The notes: generated from the letters alone by a model not told the origin. A DNA stretch of 64,000 bases from an uncultured virus (IMG/VR IMGVR_UViG_3300029305_001816) (IMGVR_UViG_3300029305_001816:1-64000); one strand, 5' to 3'; shown: positions 1-10,800, numbered from the stretch's first letter. Translations and numbers: made by a program.

Positions 1-2
1 CT

Positions 3-185
3 AATTATACCAGAAAGAATGTAAATGAGATTTGCGATAGTATTCGCAAAACGCCTCAGTCTCTTAAGTTTGCAATTTGCAATAAGATTAAGAGCTTGGT
101 TTCTTCTGGTGAAATTTCTGATATTCTCATTCTTCGTGAAATCGAAAAGAGTCTCAATATTGATTTAATCCCTTTGATTGGATAA
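3..185 (+). CDS. 3' end of a head-region hypothetical protein (partial)
   Basis: Open frame from the window start (NYTRKNVNEICDSIRK...LIPLIG*) ending at TAA 183-185, co-directional with the operon. Confidence 0.7.
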   Translation, partial: NYTRKNVNEICDSIRKTPQSLKFAICNKIKSLVSSGEISDILILREIEKSLNIDLIPLIG

Positions 186-200
186 GTAAAAATATGAGAG

Positions 201-677
201 GTGGATTTAGGTATGCCGACTCCATATGAAAAACTTTATGAGAATCTTTTACCTAAATTCCGTAGTTATGAAATTCCTCTTATGTCTACCGAAGAAGTAA
301 AAGATTATCTTCACGATTTTATTATACCAGCAACTGCAAGGTTTCATATTTGTCGAAAGGATTTAACTGATAGGGACGATATTATTCAAAGATTCAATGT
401 CGAGTTATCCGATATTGAAATAGAGATTTTGAGTAACTATATGCTTATTGAGTATATTGACTCTGAGTATATTAGAACGCCAAGTCTATTGAAGGTTCAA
501 TTACCTTCAAGTGACTTTAAGGCGTTCTCTCCTGCGAACTTTCTTGATAAGTTGATGGCAATGCATAAAACTTATAAGACTGAGAATGAAACCCTCCTCT
601 CTCGTTATGCGTGGATGGGAGCTAAAGAATCAGGTGTTAAACTTGGTGCTGGATATAAGAAAAATAATAGATTTTAA
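201..677 (+). CDS. Putative head-tail adaptor/connector protein
   Basis: 158-aa ORF (likely start ATG 213). Function inferred from position between head and tail genes in SPbeta-like gene order. Confidence 0.55.
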   Translation: MDLGMPTPYEKLYENLLPKFRSYEIPLMSTEEVKDYLHDFIIPATARFHICRKDLTDRDDIIQRFNVELSDIEIEILSNYMLIEYIDSEYIRTPSLLKVQLPSSDFKAFSPANFLDKLMAMHKTYKTENETLLSRYAWMGAKESGVKLGAGYKKNNRF

Positions 678-694
678 TAATTATTTAATGAAAG

Positions 695-1792
695 GTGGTG
701 AGTCGTTTGCAGTGTTTGGATAGATTTAATAAGAGAATGTCTTATAGTGGTGGGTCTTTAAGAGAAGAGTATATTTTTAATACTAGAGAATTATTAAAGG
801 AAACATTTGCAGACGACCCATCATATATAACTGGTGTGTATTTTTGGCGACTTGGTTTAAAAGAATATAGACATGAAAAATCTGTTAGCATTCGTTTATA
901 TGGTAGAACTTATTCTGCTGCAAATGGCGTAACTGTCAAATTTCAAACGCTTTATAATACTCCTGTTAATGTAGGAGATATTATTTATGATACAAAGGCA
1001 GATGAATATTTGATTTGTACCGAGGCATTTGATATAGACGGTATAAATTATAAGGGTAAATTTACGCTTTGTAATTGGATATTGAAGTGGCAAAACAAGG
1101 ATGGAAAAATTCTTGAATATCCTTGTTATGATATGAATAGTACACAATATAACTCTGGTGAGCAATCAAATAGAAACTTTACAATTACTTCTTCGCAGCA
1201 TATGATTACTCTTCCTAGCGATAAAAATACTGTTGCATTGAGTAGTCCACAAAGATTTTATCTTGATAAAAATACAGAGAACCCTACATCATTTATTGTA
1301 ACTCAGAATGATACGACCAGTCATAATTATGGCAAAAAGGGTTTGGTTAAGATTACAGTGTATGAATATCCAAATAATCCTGAAACTGATAGACCTGATT
1401 TGGGTATTTGTGATTACATCGATGTATCAAATCAAAATATGATTGAAACTAATATATCTGATGATAATAGTATTAACTTATTTAAAGCGTCTAAGGCGAT
1501 TATTGAATATAATACAACAGTCATTAAATCTGGTGGAGATTCACAAATGTTTATTGGTAAATTCTATGATGATAAAGGAAATGAAATTACAAACATTGTA
1601 CCGCACTGGACGATAGCTTGTGATTTTTCAAAAATATTACAAGTAAAGGAATTTGAGGATGGTAGGTTGAGTATTGGAATTGACGACGACAATTACATTG
1701 ACGAAGAATTTAAACTAATTCTTTCGGCAGAAGATGATGAGAGCGGCGTTCTATCTTCTACTTTACTTATCAAAATTGAGTCACTATTGTAA
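695..1792 (+). CDS. Putative head closure/neck protein with C-terminal Ig-like region
   Basis: 365-aa beta-rich ORF coupled to the next gene (TAATG overlap). Function inferred from synteny. Confidence 0.5.
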   Translation: MVSRLQCLDRFNKRMSYSGGSLREEYIFNTRELLKETFADDPSYITGVYFWRLGLKEYRHEKSVSIRLYGRTYSAANGVTVKFQTLYNTPVNVGDIIYDTKADEYLICTEAFDIDGINYKGKFTLCNWILKWQNKDGKILEYPCYDMNSTQYNSGEQSNRNFTITSSQHMITLPSDKNTVALSSPQRFYLDKNTENPTSFIVTQNDTTSHNYGKKGLVKITVYEYPNNPETDRPDLGICDYIDVSNQNMIETNISDDNSINLFKASKAIIEYNTTVIKSGGDSQMFIGKFYDDKGNEITNIVPHWTIACDFSKILQVKEFEDGRLSIGIDDDNYIDEEFKLILSAEDDESGVLSSTLLIKIESLL

Positions 1793-2307
1793 TGTCTAAT
1801 AGTTCAATTGTTGGAAAAGCTAAAAATAAAATTATCAAAGAATTTATCAAAGACCCAGAAATTATAGCGGCTATTGATAGCAGCGAAATTAAACCAAATG
1901 AACCAGAAAAACTTATCAATAAACATATTTTTAACTTTAATCAGAATCCCCACACTCTGAATATAGTTGGAACATTTATAACGATACAGGTACATATACC
2001 TCAAAATTATTATACTGGATACCATGGCACTTCTACAATTCATGTGAAACCAACTATCGAGATATGGATTATATCTCATGAGAAACATATGGTTGTTGAT
2101 AATGTGCCAAAAGTTACCCAAAATCGAAATGATTATTTGTCAGAATTGATTGATATGAAGATTAATAAAAGAAGTGGTTTTGGTATTGGTGAAACTAAAT
2201 TGATAAGCAATGTAGAGGGCGCATTTCAAGCAGATTATTTATATAGAAAGCTAGTCTTTGAATGTTTGGATTTAAACGCTTCTATGTGTGGAAATGACGA
2301 TGGGTAA
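1792..2307 (+). CDS. Putative tail completion/terminator protein
   Basis: 171-aa ORF upstream of the major tail gene, with an RNDYLSELID motif typical of this position. Confidence 0.45.
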   Translation: MSNSSIVGKAKNKIIKEFIKDPEIIAAIDSSEIKPNEPEKLINKHIFNFNQNPHTLNIVGTFITIQVHIPQNYYTGYHGTSTIHVKPTIEIWIISHEKHMVVDNVPKVTQNRNDYLSELIDMKINKRSGFGIGETKLISNVEGAFQADYLYRKLVFECLDLNASMCGNDDG

Positions 2308-2328
2308 ATAAAATGAGGTTATGTAAAA

Positions 2329-3156
2329 ATGTTTGATATAGATGAACTAAAAATTTATAAAGGCAGTGATATCCCTATTACTGACAAAATAATTGTCATA
2401 CAACCAACAATAGACCAAATTATTGAATTTGGTGAGAAAAAATATTTTCAAGCTGTTCATACTTTGACTGGTGTTGGCGCTGATTTTAAATGGCAATTAT
2501 GGGACTATTTTGGAAGAGATTATACTACGATTGACGACTTTGAATTATTTAAGCTGATGATTTGGGGAAGTCTTTCTAGTAAAAAACATATCTATAAAGA
2601 GTTGACAGAAAATCGGGAAAAATATGCCGAAGAATTGAAAAAGATATCGGAAGAGGATTTGGCTGAAATGCTGGTCAACCCTCTTTCTTTAGTATTAAAA
2701 GATATTGATTTGGCTGATTTTGAAGAATATGAATCAGACAAAAATCAAGAAACTATTTTATATGATAAAGAACATGATATTACAATTGATAGATTTGTAT
2801 ATACAAGAATTGTTGATGCGGTTAGAAAAATTCATGGGTTTAAAAGGAATGGTGAGATTCCTGCAAATGAAAGAACCAAAATGGATTTGATTGAAGATGC
2901 AAGAGATGATGCTATGAGAGATTCCCAAAAACCTTATAAAAGTGTGTTAAAACCTCTTATTTCAGCTTTGGCTGTTAAGACAGGACAATTGGGAAGCGAT
3001 AGTATATGGAATACAAAAATCAACATGTTCTTTGATGCTATAAAAAGAATTAACAAAATTCAGGATGCAGAATTGTTATTGCAAGGTGCATATTCTGGAT
3101 TTGCCAGTTTGAAGGGTGTGGATAAGACACGCTTAGATTGGGCTGGCGATATTTAA
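2329..3156 (+). CDS. Phage hypothetical protein (tail assembly region)
   Basis: 275-aa ORF with RBS GAGG, directly upstream of the major tail gene. Confidence 0.6.
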   Translation: MFDIDELKIYKGSDIPITDKIIVIQPTIDQIIEFGEKKYFQAVHTLTGVGADFKWQLWDYFGRDYTTIDDFELFKLMIWGSLSSKKHIYKELTENREKYAEELKKISEEDLAEMLVNPLSLVLKDIDLADFEEYESDKNQETILYDKEHDITIDRFVYTRIVDAVRKIHGFKRNGEIPANERTKMDLIEDARDDAMRDSQKPYKSVLKPLISALAVKTGQLGSDSIWNTKINMFFDAIKRINKIQDAELLLQGAYSGFASLKGVDKTRLDWAGDI

Positions 3157-3205
3157 ACTTGATTGCAAGTTTTATTAAAATTAAATTTATAAAGGAGATT
3201 TTATT

Positions 3206-4018
3206 ATGGCTTTTAATAAAAACGAGGTTCTTATCGATAGAGTCAGAAGCCTGACTTGCCACGACCTTGAGACTAAGAAGATGTTCATGAGACTGACTTC
3301 TCTGGAAGATTCTAGCCTGAACTGCACTGCTGAGGGTGAAGAGATTGTTGACGCTATCGGTGCTCTGATTACTACTCTGTATCGTGCTAAGAAGGCCACC
3401 TTCTCTGCTTCTAACTCCCTTGTTTCTCTTGACCTTGCTGCTGCTCAGTATGGTGCTAAGAAGGAAGTTGTTGGCGAAAATGGTGTTGAGAAGATTGTTG
3501 ATTATACCTATGAAATTCTGCCCGTTGTCGCTCCTGCCGAGGAAGGTCAGTCTGCTACTGTAAAGTTAGCTCACGCTCCTATTAAGGATAGCATTAAGTG
3601 GATTTACACTATCGAGAACAATGAAATTGGCACTGCTTATGCAGTGGCTGCTGCTGCTTCCGCAACTGAGGCTGTTGTGTCTGAGGAAGGAGTTATTACT
3701 CTGCCTACTGGCGTGACTTCTGGCAAGGTTTATGTTGAGTATACTTACGAGACTGAGAACGCTGTCCGTGTGGTCAACAAGGCTTCTGAGTTCCCCACTG
3801 CTTGCAGCGTTGTTATCTATGCTTACTTCAGAGATGTCTGCAACGAGAACAAGGTTTACTCTGGCAAGATTATTTGCCCCAAGGCTAAGCTGAATCCTGA
3901 GTCTGTTGAGATGGCTCTGACTTCCACTGGCAAGCATCCCTTCGAGTTTGTCATTAACCGTGACTATTGCGCTGAAGAGGGCGAAGATGTCCTGTTCGAG
4001 ATTGTGCTGGCAGAATAA
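3206..4018 (+). CDS. Major tail (tube) protein
   Basis: Strong RBS AAAGGAG, high-expression codon bias (ctg/aag/gag), followed by a terminator; size and position fit a tail tube protein. Confidence 0.75.
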   Translation: MAFNKNEVLIDRVRSLTCHDLETKKMFMRLTSLEDSSLNCTAEGEEIVDAIGALITTLYRAKKATFSASNSLVSLDLAAAQYGAKKEVVGENGVEKIVDYTYEILPVVAPAEEGQSATVKLAHAPIKDSIKWIYTIENNEIGTAYAVAAAASATEAVVSEEGVITLPTGVTSGKVYVEYTYETENAVRVVNKASEFPTACSVVIYAYFRDVCNENKVYSGKIICPKAKLNPESVEMALTSTGKHPFEFVINRDYCAEEGEDVLFEIVLAE

Positions 4019-4038
4019 TTATAATTTATAATTTAGAT

Positions 4039-4057
4039 TATAATAATTAAAGTTATA
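4039..4057 (+). promoter_or_regulatory. TATAAC-N7-GTTATA element (1 mismatch)
   Basis: tataat-aattaaa-gttata, just upstream of a terminator. Confidence 0.6.
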
Positions 4058-4065
4058 AAAAATAT

Positions 4066-4097
4066 GAGTAGGGGTTTAAATCCCCTACTCTATTTTT
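4066..4097 (+). terminator. Intrinsic terminator after the major tail gene
   Basis: gagtagggg-tttaaat-cccctactc followed by tattttt. Confidence 0.8.
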
Positions 4098-4112
4098 GTT
4101 TGGAGGTAAACA

Positions 4113-4502
4113 ATGGCGGCAAAAAATAATGCTACTTGCAGTATCTGTGGAAGACCGTATCATATGTGTGCTTCTTGTAAAGATTCAATGCAAGTGAATC
4201 CTTGGAAGATGTTTACCGATACATCCGAACATTACAAAGTGTTTCAGGTTGTTAAAGGTTTCAATACTGGTGTATATACCAAGGATGAGGCTAAAATTAA
4301 ATTCAAAAATATTGACTTGAGTGATAAGGATTCTTTTCGACCACATATCAAACAAATTATTGATGATATTTTGTTTGAGCCTGTTGTCGAAAAGGTTGTT
4401 ACTCCTAAAAAGAGAAATAAAGTTAATAAAATTGAAGCAGAAGCAATCGACGATGTTAAAATTAACGAGATTGAAGTTGTCGAAGTTGTTGAAGCAGAGT
4501 AA
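4113..4502 (+). CDS. Cys-cluster hypothetical protein
   Basis: 129 aa, CSICG...HMCASC, RBS GGAGG. Confidence 0.7.
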   Translation: MAAKNNATCSICGRPYHMCASCKDSMQVNPWKMFTDTSEHYKVFQVVKGFNTGVYTKDEAKIKFKNIDLSDKDSFRPHIKQIIDDILFEPVVEKVVTPKKRNKVNKIEAEAIDDVKINEIEVVEVVEAE

Positions 4503-4524
4503 TCTGTTTTTTAAGTGTGTAAAT

Positions 4525-4647
4525 AAATATTAGTTTAGATAAATGTAAAAAGGAGTATTATTTCACACTTTTATAATTGTTATAGATAATTAGTTTAAGT
4601 TGGAAGTTAGTACTCCTTTTTTTTTACGCTTATCTAAGCTAATATTT
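4525..4647 (+). other. Long imperfect intergenic RNA hairpin
   Basis: aaatattagtttagataaatgtaaaaaggagtatta pairs with tagtactcctttttttttacgcttatctaagctaatattt using several G-U pairs. Confidence 0.6.
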
Positions 4648-4694
4648 GGAGTGCAAAAATGAATTGAAAGGTTAAATTTGAAGGTGAAAAGAAA

Positions 4695-4925
4695 ATGAAG
4701 ACTATAAGTGATGTAACTGGCATTGAATATGAAATGGAAGATGTAGTCCATTTCCGAAATTTATATCAATCAAGTTTTTATATTGGTCACAATGCGAAGA
4801 TTGTAGATGTGTTTACTGATAGTAAAGGAAAGTTAGTATTTGTCTTTTATCGCAATCAACATGAAGAGCTGATTAAGTTGTGGCTTGCTAATAAGAAAGA
4901 AGATAGTGAAACAAATAAAAACTAA
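4695..4925 (+). CDS. Small hypothetical protein
   Basis: 76-aa ORF with RBS AAGGTG. Confidence 0.7.
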   Translation: MKTISDVTGIEYEMEDVVHFRNLYQSSFYIGHNAKIVDVFTDSKGKLVFVFYRNQHEELIKLWLANKKEDSETNKN

Positions 4926-4945
4926 ATTTTAAATGGTGAAAATGA

Positions 4946-5482
4946 ATGACAAAGAAAGCAACCATCAACTATGGCAAGCGATTTGAAGAAGATTGGTCTT
5001 CCTCTCTTCCCTCTTATTGTTATGTTCACCGTCTTAGAGATTCTGCGCAATCTTATAATAACAGTAGTAAAACCCAGTTTTCATGGGATAATGAATGTGA
5101 TTTCTTTGTGTTAGACTCTCATACTCATTTATTCTATGCTATCGAGTGCAAGAGCACGAAATATAAAAGCATTTCAGTAGAATTAAGTAAAGATGAAAAA
5201 TCTAGTAAGATGATTAAATATCATCAAATTGAATCACTTAAAAAGATATCTGAATATGACGGTACTGTTGTAGGATTGATGCTTAATTTTCGTGGTGAAG
5301 ATAATGACAATCAGAGATTGTATTTTATAGATATAAAAAATTTTTGTAATATGATGAAACAGATTGATAAGTCTAGTTTTAATGAGCTAGACTTATTGAC
5401 TGTTGGTAGAGCTGTTAGAATACAAGGCGAGAAAAAACGTACTAGGTGGAAATGGAATCTTGAAGATTTTCTAAAGTCTTAA
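4946..5482 (+). CDS. recU: RecU-like Holliday junction resolvase (PD-(D/E)xK nuclease)
   Basis: GKRFEE, CDF, AIECKST and IKYHQIESL motifs match the RecU family. Confidence 0.75.
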   Translation: MTKKATINYGKRFEEDWSSSLPSYCYVHRLRDSAQSYNNSSKTQFSWDNECDFFVLDSHTHLFYAIECKSTKYKSISVELSKDEKSSKMIKYHQIESLKKISEYDGTVVGLMLNFRGEDNDNQRLYFIDIKNFCNMMKQIDKSSFNELDLLTVGRAVRIQGEKKRTRWKWNLEDFLKS

Positions 5483-5534
5483 TCTGCTCTTCCTCTCCCC
5501 TCCCTCAAATGAATGAAAAGAAAGGTGAAAATAC

Positions 5535-6143
5535 ATGGAAAATAAAAAGAACGTAATGACTGGTATGTATACACATAAAACTGACGACAATGAAGTTTCT
5601 CATAATTTCAATTTTTATACAAATCTCTCTACCGCTTCTAAATTGAGATTTGTTAATAATGTTACAAAACTTTTGGTAGATACTGATAAAAAGAGATATG
5701 ATTCTGTGTTAAGAAATTTGGTATTTGATTTTTTTATTGTTGAAGGGTTTACTTCTGTTAATGTAGATGAAATTATCAAGTCCAACTTTTTTGTTAATGA
5801 TGCTGAAAAATTCTTAGAGGAAACAAACATTGTGGATATTGTTAAGGCAAATATCGAAAATGGTGTGATTGAAGAGTTGAATCGTGCAGTAGATTTGAAT
5901 ATTCAATATATTACTGGCATCCATCCTAATCCTTTGAATGAAGCTCTGGCAAGACTGATTAATACTTTTGAAAAGAAAGTTAATGAAGTTGATTTGAGCA
6001 ATATGTCTGCAATGTTAGAAGCTTTTAATAATATGTCTGGCGAGTTTACTCCTGAGAATGTTGTGAAGGCATATATGAATACTGATTTTGCTAAGAAGAA
6101 TATGGCTGAGGTTATGGAGGCTAAAAATAAAAAGCAAGAATAA
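5535..6143 (+). CDS. Hypothetical protein, possible tail assembly chaperone
   Basis: 202-aa helical ORF between the major tail and tape measure genes. Confidence 0.5.
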   Translation: MENKKNVMTGMYTHKTDDNEVSHNFNFYTNLSTASKLRFVNNVTKLLVDTDKKRYDSVLRNLVFDFFIVEGFTSVNVDEIIKSNFFVNDAEKFLEETNIVDIVKANIENGVIEELNRAVDLNIQYITGIHPNPLNEALARLINTFEKKVNEVDLSNMSAMLEAFNNMSGEFTPENVVKAYMNTDFAKKNMAEVMEAKNKKQE

Positions 6144-6145
6144 GA

Positions 6146-6164
6146 TATAACTGATAGAGTTATA
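6146..6164 (+). promoter_or_regulatory. TATAAC-N7-GTTATA element (perfect arms)
   Basis: tataac-tgataga-gttata, just after the stop codon at 6143. Confidence 0.65.
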
Positions 6165-6175
6165 GGTGATTAAAA

Positions 6176-6601
6176 ATGAGAATAGAAAATATAGAGAAAA
6201 AACTATTGGCGGCATGTTTGGGCGCTATGGATGAAGTTGAGTATAAAGTACATAATGAGTTTTCTAAAAATTTAGATAATTTTTATGGAAGTTATACGCC
6301 AGCAGAATATATAAGAACTGGTGCTCTTCGTGGTTCATTGAATACCACTGGCGTAAAATCAACTGGAAATGGCGCTGAAGCGGAAGTGTATTTTACTACA
6401 CCTAGTTATCAAACTGGCTGGGTTCCGTTACAAAGTGGTGATTACGGATGGGCTGAATGGAGTGGTCAGAAGGTTCTTGATAACGCTATGGATGGTAGTC
6501 ATGGCGGTTGGGCACATTCTGCACCTATATGGTCAACAAGCATGAATAATCTTGGAGATTTAAAGGCATTATTGTTGGCTGAAGCAAAGTTTCGTCTTTA
6601 A
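6176..6601 (+). CDS. Putative minor tail/neck protein (HK97 gp10-like)
   Basis: YTPAEYIRTGALRGS motif resembles the R(T)GxL signature of this family. Confidence 0.5.
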   Translation: MRIENIEKKLLAACLGAMDEVEYKVHNEFSKNLDNFYGSYTPAEYIRTGALRGSLNTTGVKSTGNGAEAEVYFTTPSYQTGWVPLQSGDYGWAEWSGQKVLDNAMDGSHGGWAHSAPIWSTSMNNLGDLKALLLAEAKFRL

Positions 6602-6648
6602 TAGATGGCAATATGTTTATTTTATTTATTTAGGAAGGAGGATGATTT

Positions 6649-7683
6649 ATGGCAAAAAGTAGAAAAACATTTAGAAAAGTTATAACCTCAGAGTATTTGA
6701 CGGCTCAAATTAATAAAGAAAACATTCGGCTTATGGAGAGATTCTTAAAAAATTTTGCCACAAAACGCTCTCCTAAATCGGTTGTTGTATATAGAAGCAA
6801 TTTGACGATTTTTTTTACATGGAATTTGCTTGAAAATTCTAATAAACCATTTGCTAAAATTCGCAAGCTCGAAATGCTTGATTTCTTCGATTACGCTTTA
6901 AGTGAATTGAAATGGTCTCCAAACCGTTTCCACCAGTGTCATAGTTCGCTATCTAGTTTTTCAGATTGGGTTGAAAATTATTATGATGAAGTCGAGGGAT
7001 ATGAAAATTTCAGAAATATAGTTAAGAAAATTGAAAAGCCGTCAAAAGAAGCGGTTAGAGAAAAAACTGTTTTGAAAGAAGAGGACATTGACAAGATATT
7101 TGTAGTTCTTGAAGAAGAAAACAGAGTTCAAGAGCAATGTTTATTAGCTCTAGCCATCTCTTGTGGCGCAAGAGTTTCTGAATTGGCTCAGTTTACCACT
7201 TCCCTAATTGATGAGGATAATACTGTTTTTGAAGGATTGTTTTTGGAAACCACTGAAAAGATTCGCACGAAAGGTTCTGGAACTCAGGGAAAGATGCTTA
7301 AGAAATATATTTTAAAAGATATGTTTTTGCCATATTATCATAAGTGGTTAAAAGAAAGGGAAGAAATTATTAAAGAAACTGGTCAAGACCATGATTCTCT
7401 ATTTATTACGAGAGATGGAAATCCAGCAACCGCAGATAGACTAAGAGATTGGATTGGTACTTGGGGCGACATTGTTAATCAACCATCGTACCCTCATATG
7501 TATCGCCACTATCAAATAAGTTTGTTAAAGAGATTGGAAATTGACGATGATTTGATTGTGTATCTTACTGGTTGGGCAGAGGGCACTGGTCATACAATGA
7601 TTTCAATTTACAACGACAATGATTTAACTGAGACGCAGTTTGCGTGTCTTAGCAATCTAAAAGATTTTTTAAAAAATAAATAA
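6649..7683 (+). CDS. Tyrosine recombinase (integrase family) inside the tail module
   Basis: Catalytic set present: GAR(R), RTKG(K), PHMYRH (H-x-x-R), LTGW, ISIY(Y); N-terminal SAM-like domain. Confidence 0.9.
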   Translation: MAKSRKTFRKVITSEYLTAQINKENIRLMERFLKNFATKRSPKSVVVYRSNLTIFFTWNLLENSNKPFAKIRKLEMLDFFDYALSELKWSPNRFHQCHSSLSSFSDWVENYYDEVEGYENFRNIVKKIEKPSKEAVREKTVLKEEDIDKIFVVLEEENRVQEQCLLALAISCGARVSELAQFTTSLIDEDNTVFEGLFLETTEKIRTKGSGTQGKMLKKYILKDMFLPYYHKWLKEREEIIKETGQDHDSLFITRDGNPATADRLRDWIGTWGDIVNQPSYPHMYRHYQISLLKRLEIDDDLIVYLTGWAEGTGHTMISIYNDNDLTETQFACLSNLKDFLKNK

Positions 7684-7707
7684 TTTAAAAGGTTAATTTT
7701 AATACCT

Positions 7708-7726
7708 TATAACAAATAAAGTTATA
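7708..7726 (+). promoter_or_regulatory. TATAAC-N7-GTTATA element (perfect arms)
   Basis: tataac-aaataaa-gttata, 4 nt before a terminator stem. Confidence 0.65.
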
Positions 7727-7730
7727 CAAA

Positions 7731-7770
7731 GATAGGATTGGAGGATAACTACCTCCCTCCTGTCTTTTTT
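7731..7770 (+). terminator. Intrinsic terminator after the tyrosine recombinase
   Basis: gatagga..gagg / cctc..tcctgtc followed by tttttt. Confidence 0.65.
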
Positions 7771-7847
7771 AAATTTTAAATTAGAATATTACAGCACCTT
7801 TGTGGTGCGTTTCATTATGCACCTATAAAGGAGTGTGAAATATATAT

Positions 7848-10800
7848 ATGGCAGATTATAATGTTAGTCTTGGAATCGATTTTGACGACGATAGGTTATC
7901 AAAGATAAAGAATACCTTAGAAGAAATCGAAGGTAAAAAATATAATATTAAATTTGATATCGATGATGATGTTGATAATAAGATTGACAAGATTAAGTCT
8001 GGATTAAAAGAGTTAAATAAAAGCAATAAAGGTTCTATTGCTACAGAGTCTTTAGAAAAGTCTCTTACCGAAGTATCTCGTTTAATTGCAAATATTAGTC
8101 GTTCTATCGGTACGCTTAATACCAAAAAGGGAACGTCTATTGTTACTACCGTTAATCATGTTAACACTGCATTACAAAAGGCTTCAAAGCAGTTTGAACA
8201 AATAAACAAAACTATGTCCTCCTTTGCTGGAAAGGATTTTGTTATAAATTTTGACCTTAAAATGGGAAATGCTAATCCAGTAAAGGCAATGACCGATTAT
8301 GGTAGAGTGGCAAGAGAAAGCGCTATACCAGACTTAGAAAAACAAGTTGTATATTTAAAAAAATTATTGGGCAATACGCAACAAGCTGAAAAGGCAATAA
8401 ATAGTTACTTTTCTGCATATCATGGAGGATTCGAAGGATTAACTAAGAAGAATATTCTTTTGGATAGAATGAAGGGTCTTTCTGCTGATGGCGGAAAAGC
8501 AAGTATAGCCGACCAGATGAGCGCATATAAGCAGTTCGTTGGTTATTTAAAAGAGATAGCTCAGATGAGAGGCATTAATTTAGATGGCTTCGACATTCAA
8601 TTTCCAAAGACTGCTGATGAAATAATTGATGAGACTGTTAAAATTCAAAGTGGTGTTGACCAAACAGAAAAACAGTTTGAAAGATTAAAGCAAATTTTTG
8701 GTGGAAGCGGTGTTGATGCTGAAAAACTTTCTGCGCAACTTCAGCCAATTATTGATGATTTAGGCCAGATAAGAACTGCTCTTGTTGGCCTACCAGATGA
8801 TGCTGCTGGCGGTCTGGTTAATGGTTTAACTCAGAATTTCAATAAGCTGTCTGACGCATTGGATAAGTTTGTTTCCAATATTGATATTGTTAAGACTGCG
8901 CTTAATAGCGGTAATCTAGCTGGTGCTGACAGCGATGTAGCTGATATCGAAAGACAAGTGGAAAAATCTATCGAGAAGAAAAAGCAGGAAGCTAAACAGG
9001 CGCAGAAAACTGCTGATATTGTCGAACAAAGCGAAAAGCAGATACAACAAGCAAAGAAAAAGACAGATAGCGTTCATACTTTTGATATTGCCAGATTAGA
9101 CAAGCAGAATACACTAGAAAGCCATTTAGAAAAACTTCATTTTGATGATGCAGCTATAGAAAAAGTAACAAGCGACCTCAAAGAAATGAATGTCGTTGCA
9201 AAAAGTATAACCACTACTTTTGAAGATGGAAAACTTGTTAAGCTTGACATAGATGGAGTCCAAAAGACGGCAGATGGTCTTGAAAGAATCGTCAAAGTAA
9301 CAAGAACACTTGAAGGCGCAACTGTAGATACTGATATAACCAAGGTTAAAACTTCTCTCGAAGAATCTGATAGGTTTATTAAGCAAAGAAAAAAGGCTGT
9401 TGCAGATTTATCTAATCAAATTAAACAAGTAAATCGTTCGGCAATAGACCCAAATGCGGAAAGGTCAATTAAAGACAAATCTCATTTAGCTTCCTTAGAA
9501 ACCGAATATAATAAAATCACTGCTGCTATTCAAAGAATGCAGACTGCTTCAAGCGGCACTTTCGATGACGAGCAAATAAATGTTAAAAATTTAATATCTG
9601 ATTTTAAGAGTCTTGTAAGAGAATATAAAAATGCTGAGAATATTGCCTTAAAAAATAAAGGTGTGGATATTGACTCTGGCTTGGCTATAGCAAAGAATAA
9701 CTTGGATAAATTGAAGTCTGATGCAAAAGGTTATTCTCAAATTGCAGAAACTATAGAAAAGTTAGATGAAGCTATTACTGGGGTTGGAGATAAATCTTCT
9801 CTTGATAAATTTAATAATCAATTAAGAGTAGCTAGGTCTGAATTAGACAAAATTAAATCCGAGGAAAGAGCTTCAAACAGAGTTCAATCAGATTTGAGTA
9901 AAGATGCAAGAGACCTTGCTGCTCAACAGAAAAAAATTAGTGATTTAAGACTTGAGATTGAAAAGCTTCAAGATGCTGGTGGCAAATCTAATCAAATTGA
10001 AGTTTTAACTAAACAGCTAAATGAATATGAAGATGCCTATAATCGTGCTATGGGTTCTTTCATGAAAAAATTATCAGCAAATGCTGGTGATGCTCCTTTA
10101 GGAATTACCTCAAAGATTGAAGCCGAGATAGAGAAAGGCGAGGCCGCTCTCGAAAAATATAGAGCACTTGGGAAAGATATACAAGCTTTAAAGATTAGAG
10201 ATATTGAACTCAAGTTGGATAGCACTGGCGCAAATAGCTTCCATTCTCAAGTAGAGCAAATGCATAAAGATGCAGAAAAATTAAACTCTGCTTCTGTCGA
10301 TTTGGGAACGGCGCTAGACAAGCTTGACAATGCTTATGAAGAACTGCGTAATGCTCGTGGTGATACTAGTGACGATGGAGCAGAACGTTTAATTGTCGCA
10401 GAAGAAAAATATCAGAGAGCACTAGAAGAAACTGCAAATCAGTTAAAAGAAAATCAAAGAATTGAAAAGAATGCATTTGGTGAAAAAAGCCTAAACCTTG
10501 ATAAAGCAAAAGCTCAATTAAGACTAGATGGTATATTTGAAGAAAATTCTGCCGCTGCAAAAGTATTTGGAGAAAGACTAGATGAATTAAAGAGTAAGTT
10601 AAATAGTATTAAAAATGATGGTGATTTAAAATTATTTAACAAAGAAATTGACATTTTAGAAAAAGATGTAAAAAATTCTGGTCTCTCTACTCAGACTTTT
10701 GGCAGTAAGTTTAAAGAACAATTTCAGAAATATTCTCAATATTTTTCTGTTGCAGAAGTCTTCATGTATGTTGAAGAGGGCTTAAGAGATATGTTTGAGC

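Noticed and set aside
5485..5506. Pyrimidine tract ctcttcctctcccctccctc after recU
   Set aside because: No clear pairing partner or second intergenic copy found; cannot support a function
5535..6601. Programmed -1 frameshift for tail assembly chaperones
   Set aside because: No convincing slippery heptamer with an overlapping downstream frame was identified
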